A DNA stretch of 64,000 nucleotides from an uncultured Leptospira sp. (GTDB taxonomy: Bacteria; Spirochaetota; UBA4802; JAGODF01), in NCBI GenBank assembly GCA_964502925.1, contig CAZCYH010000017.1, positions 1,755 through 65,754 on the forward strand, read 5' to 3'. Both the position numbers and the translations under genes were made by a program. This document shows, in pieces, positions 61,055 through 64,000 of the stretch. The notes beneath the pieces are model-generated. The model did no database searches. It was given only the letters and a program-made list of their open reading frames with translations, and was not told the DNA's origin. How positions within the stretch are numbered: the first letter of the stretch is position 1; the number at the start of each line of letters is the position of its first letter.

Positions 61055-61894
61055 ATGGAGCGCTTCATGCAGATTGCTCAGCCTTCAACAATAATAAAAA
61101 ATAGTTTCTTCTTCGGGAATCCGATGAAAATATCCCGATCGACAGTCGGGGAATTTTGTACCTCTGAAATCCAGTTTACAATACAGTCCGATGCATTTAT
61201 CATCAAAACTCTTGAAACGCATGAAGAATTCAATGCACTTGATGGTCTCATCAAAAATTCCTTGCTGCACACGATATCGGAAGGCTACAGTTTTATTTCT
61301 GAAACGCCTCTCCAAAAAGGCATTAGCTGGATACTGGTTATTAATAGCGAAACAGGAGCGCTTTGCGCTACAGCCGGAATAACAATTGATCGCACTCATA
61401 AAACATTTTTCACTGATACCGTGTTCGATATCAATAAAATTAGAAGCAGAGGCGAAATAATAGAACTCGGAAGATTTTTCACCGCGCGCGAATACCGATC
61501 GAAAGAAGTACTGAATGCGGTTTGGAAGGGTGTGATAGAATACGGCAAGATCGCCGGATCGCGGTTTTGTCTCACGGGATTTGAAATCAAAACCGCCGAC
61601 ATGTTGCAAACAGCCATGCTGCATCGGTATTTCACACACGAATTCCGGGCTACGTTTGATGTAATCGCAACACCCCGCGGCGCATATCGAATTAAAGATC
61701 TTCATCGGTACATTGAAGAAATCGAAATTTCAAAAGACCTTTCCGATTTCAACGCGATCGCGGGCAGAGTTCCATTCCTCATGAAAGCCTGCCTAAAACG
61801 CGGAGCTTTTGTCTGCGGCGAACCCGCCCTGCACAAGGAAAAAGGGTGTATTATTTTTCTGCTGGGACTTGATGTACACAAAGAGATTGAGTAA
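61055..61894 (+). CDS. Putative GNAT-fold N-acyltransferase (Acetyltransf_5 / FeeM / OlsB-like).
   Basis: Weak resemblance (ELGRFFTAREYR, core beta-strand pattern); 279 aa. It lies adjacent to the M20 peptidase on the same strand. Confidence 0.3.
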   Translation: MERFMQIAQPSTIIKNSFFFGNPMKISRSTVGEFCTSEIQFTIQSDAFIIKTLETHEEFNALDGLIKNSLLHTISEGYSFISETPLQKGISWILVINSETGALCATAGITIDRTHKTFFTDTVFDINKIRSRGEIIELGRFFTAREYRSKEVLNAVWKGVIEYGKIAGSRFCLTGFEIKTADMLQTAMLHRYFTHEFRATFDVIATPRGAYRIKDLHRYIEEIEISKDLSDFNAIAGRVPFLMKACLKRGAFVCGEPALHKEKGCIIFLLGLDVHKEIE

Positions 61895-62016
61895 CTGCAG
61901 CGGCCGATAATCCTCACACGGGACGCTTTTTGGCGAACCAAAATATCTAATATTTTTCCTCAATGAGGTTTTACGGTCGAAACTTTACTATTAAACGATA
62001 TATTGTTCTTTTTATC

Positions 62017-62733
62017 TCACACATCTTCTTGATCACCTAATAGTTTCTCGAGTGCATTTTTCAGTCTGGCAAACTCATCTTTGAAAATTTCTTTTTTTTC
62101 AATTATCTCTGCAATATCCGTTTCATCATACACATGCGATAAAATATTTCTAAATTCTATCATATCCAGCCATATGGTTTCATTATCCAATAATCCCTGC
62201 GAAAATCCTTCTTTAAATGATTCCCTGGGATTTTTTACTTCGATGCCCAGATATTCAAGACACCTCTTCAGCGCTTTCCACCCCATTTCATATGTAAACT
62301 CGAATCGTTTTACTAACAGATCAAGATATATATCGCCATATCCGGCAGCTTTAAACTCATCGTACCGTTCAACAACTTCTGAAAATCGGGAAAACGCTTT
62401 CGAAAAATTATACAGCCCGTCTTCCGCGCGCATTTTCTTGTTTGCGCTATAAATAACACGACCCGTGGAAATAACCCTGTTTCGAAATCTCGGTTCGCAA
62501 TGCGCGATATTTTTTACATCTATTTTAATAAAAGTGTTAATTGCGCCAACTTCGTCTTCAATGAGATAATGGTCTTTAAAAACCGGATCATCATAGGCTA
62601 TATCAATATCGCTGCTTTTGCCTGCTTCACCGTTTACTCTTGAGCCATATAGGTAGATGCGGTTCGGCCTGGCGTATTTCAGAATGATTTTTCTCACTTC
62701 TTCGATGATAGTCATCATCGTCACAGCAAACAC
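62017..62733 (-). CDS. Single-chain fusion of a minimal nucleotidyltransferase (MNT, Pol-beta superfamily) and an HI0074-type HEPN nucleotidyltransferase-substrate-binding domain.
   Basis: N-terminal MNT motif YLYGSRVNGEAGKSSDIDIA. C-terminal HI0074/HEPN motif RFEFTYEMGWKALKRCLEYLGIEV...FRNILSHVYDE (Rx4-6H). Confidence 0.7.
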   Translation of the reverse strand: MFAVTMMTIIEEVRKIILKYARPNRIYLYGSRVNGEAGKSSDIDIAYDDPVFKDHYLIEDEVGAINTFIKIDVKNIAHCEPRFRNRVISTGRVIYSANKKMRAEDGLYNFSKAFSRFSEVVERYDEFKAAGYGDIYLDLLVKRFEFTYEMGWKALKRCLEYLGIEVKNPRESFKEGFSQGLLDNETIWLDMIEFRNILSHVYDETDIAEIIEKKEIFKDEFARLKNALEKLLGDQEDV

Positions 62734-62905
62734 CGGTCGTACTTAAAATTCTGCAACATGCTTTCCACAACCTCATTTTCAAACCCATGTCAAGTTAAAA
62801 ACAATAAGAAAAAGAGTAGGAATACGCCTGTCTTCTCCTATGAATTACTTGACAGTCCCGAACGTTACGCAAACCTGTGTGCAATTTCTTCATTGAGGTA
62901 CGCTT

Positions 62906-64000
62906 ATGAGGCTTTCCAGGTATCCTGTTCCAACTTTAAAGGAAGATCCATCTGATGCGGTTGTTGCCAGCCATAAGCTCATGATACGCGCGGGGCTTAT
63001 CCGCAAAGAATCCGCGGGCATGTATGCCTATCTGCCGCTCGGGCTTCGCGTGCTTCGCAAGATTATCGAAATAATTCGGGATGAAATGGACAGGGCAGGG
63101 GCCATAGAATTTCTCATGCCCGAGCTTACCAATGCTGAATTATGGAAGGAATCGGGCCGATGGCATACCATGGGGCCCGAAATGATTCGCATCAAAGACA
63201 GAAACGGCCTTGAATACGCGCTTGCACCCACGCACGAGGAAGCCTTCACCGCAATAGTGCGCAGCATTGTATCATCGTACAGAGACCTTCCGCTCAACGC
63301 CTATCAGATCAACACGAAATTCCGCGATGAAATTCGCCCGCGCTTCGGCGTCATTCGCAGCAAAGAATTCATCATGAAGGACGCGTACTCTTTCGACCTC
63401 GACGAAGAAGGTCTTGAAAAATCGTATCAGGCGATGCGCGTGGCATATCGCAACATTTTCCGAAGAATGAGGCTTGAGACTATTCCAGTTGAGGCCGACA
63501 CCGGCACGATGGGAGGAAGCCAGTCCGAAGAGTTCATGGTCCCATCGGCAATTGGCGAGGAAGTGCTGCTGCTCTGCGAAAAATGCGGCTACCGCGCGAA
63601 TCAGGAAAAGGCGGATTTCCGCCGATCATTTCCGTCAGCGGAGTCCCCAGAAAACCTTAGGGAAGTCTCCACGCCAAATATCCGCACAATTGACGAGCTT
63701 GTCGGATTTTTTAACTGTGATGCGTCGAAATTTCTAAAGAGCATCATCTATCTTGCCGACGGGAAGCCAGTAATGGCGGTGATTTCCGGTAACCGCGAAA
63801 TTAATGAACACAAACTCAAACGTGCCCTCGGCGCCAGCGAGCTTGAACTGGCTCCTGACCACATAGTCGAAGGTGTCACAAAAGCGCCGGTGGGATTTGC
63901 CGGACCAATCAACGATTTCAAAATCCGAACTATTTTTGATGCAAGCATCAGGCACATTTCAAACGGCATCACGGGTGCAAACAAAAAAGACGTGCACTTC
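62906..64000 (+). CDS. proS: Proline--tRNA ligase, 3'-truncated by the window end.
   Basis: MRLSRYPVPTLKEDPSDAVVASHKLMIRAGLIRKESAGMYAYLPLGLRVLRKI is the canonical ProS N-terminus. GAGGT ribosome-binding site. This ORF is absent from the six-frame track because it has no stop codon within the window. Confidence 0.9.
   Translation, partial: MRLSRYPVPTLKEDPSDAVVASHKLMIRAGLIRKESAGMYAYLPLGLRVLRKIIEIIRDEMDRAGAIEFLMPELTNAELWKESGRWHTMGPEMIRIKDRNGLEYALAPTHEEAFTAIVRSIVSSYRDLPLNAYQINTKFRDEIRPRFGVIRSKEFIMKDAYSFDLDEEGLEKSYQAMRVAYRNIFRRMRLETIPVEADTGTMGGSQSEEFMVPSAIGEEVLLLCEKCGYRANQEKADFRRSFPSAESPENLREVSTPNIRTIDELVGFFNCDASKFLKSIIYLADGKPVMAVISGNREINEHKLKRALGASELELAPDHIVEGVTKAPVGFAGPINDFKIRTIFDASIRHISNGITGANKKDVHF

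Noticed and set aside
61895-61912. CTGCAGCGGCCG (PstI plus EagI/NotI-like sites) immediately after the GNAT-like gene, which could indicate vector or polylinker contamination.
   Set aside because: It is only 12 bp. The flanking sequence continues as normal genomic intergenic DNA with native genes on both sides, and no other vector hallmarks are present.
1-64000. CRISPR arrays, tRNA/rRNA genes and an integrase-bounded prophage or integron.
   Set aside because: I found no regularly spaced short direct repeats and no tRNA-like cloverleaf candidates in the intergenic regions. No integrase, recombinase or phage structural genes are present. The only mobile-type gene is the RAYT.

Overview
This 64-kb bacterial chromosomal window has a moderate GC content and is dense with genes on both strands. 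One plausible source is a spirochaete- or Leptospiraceae-like organism, or another environmental Gram-negative bacterium; this is inference only.

The right third (about 49-64 kb) is a conserved housekeeping block: rpsB-tsf-pyrH-frr-uppS-cdsA-dxr-rseP, then pyrE, msrA, an M20 peptidase, and the 5' end of proS. The middle carries an overlapping recC-recB-recD operon and a Na+/solute symporter with its small subunit.

The left 26 kb is bounded by two copies of a 161-aa hypothetical gene in inverted orientation; the nucleotides checked in both copies are identical. The segment between them combines housekeeping genes (gltB/gltD) with many signalling genes:
- a sigma-70-family sigma factor with a consensus sigma-54 (-24/-12) promoter immediately upstream;
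- a PAS/GAF/PP2C phosphatase;
- a 7TMR-DISM hybrid histidine kinase;
- two tandem class-III-cyclase-like paralogs;
- a secreted lipase;
- a 1531-aa pseudokinase-AAA-TPR-GAF-AraC regulator.

Other notable items are a REP-associated tyrosine transposase (RAYT, IS200-like) with flanking REP-type palindromes, plus a truncated second copy bracketing a membrane PP2C phosphatase gene. There is also an ATP-grasp/FMN-dependent dehydrogenase fusion and a single-chain MNT-HEPN (nucleotidyltransferase plus HI0074-type) fusion.

No rRNA, tRNA or CRISPR array was seen. All calls rest on reading the supplied ORF translations and the sequence by eye; no database search was run.
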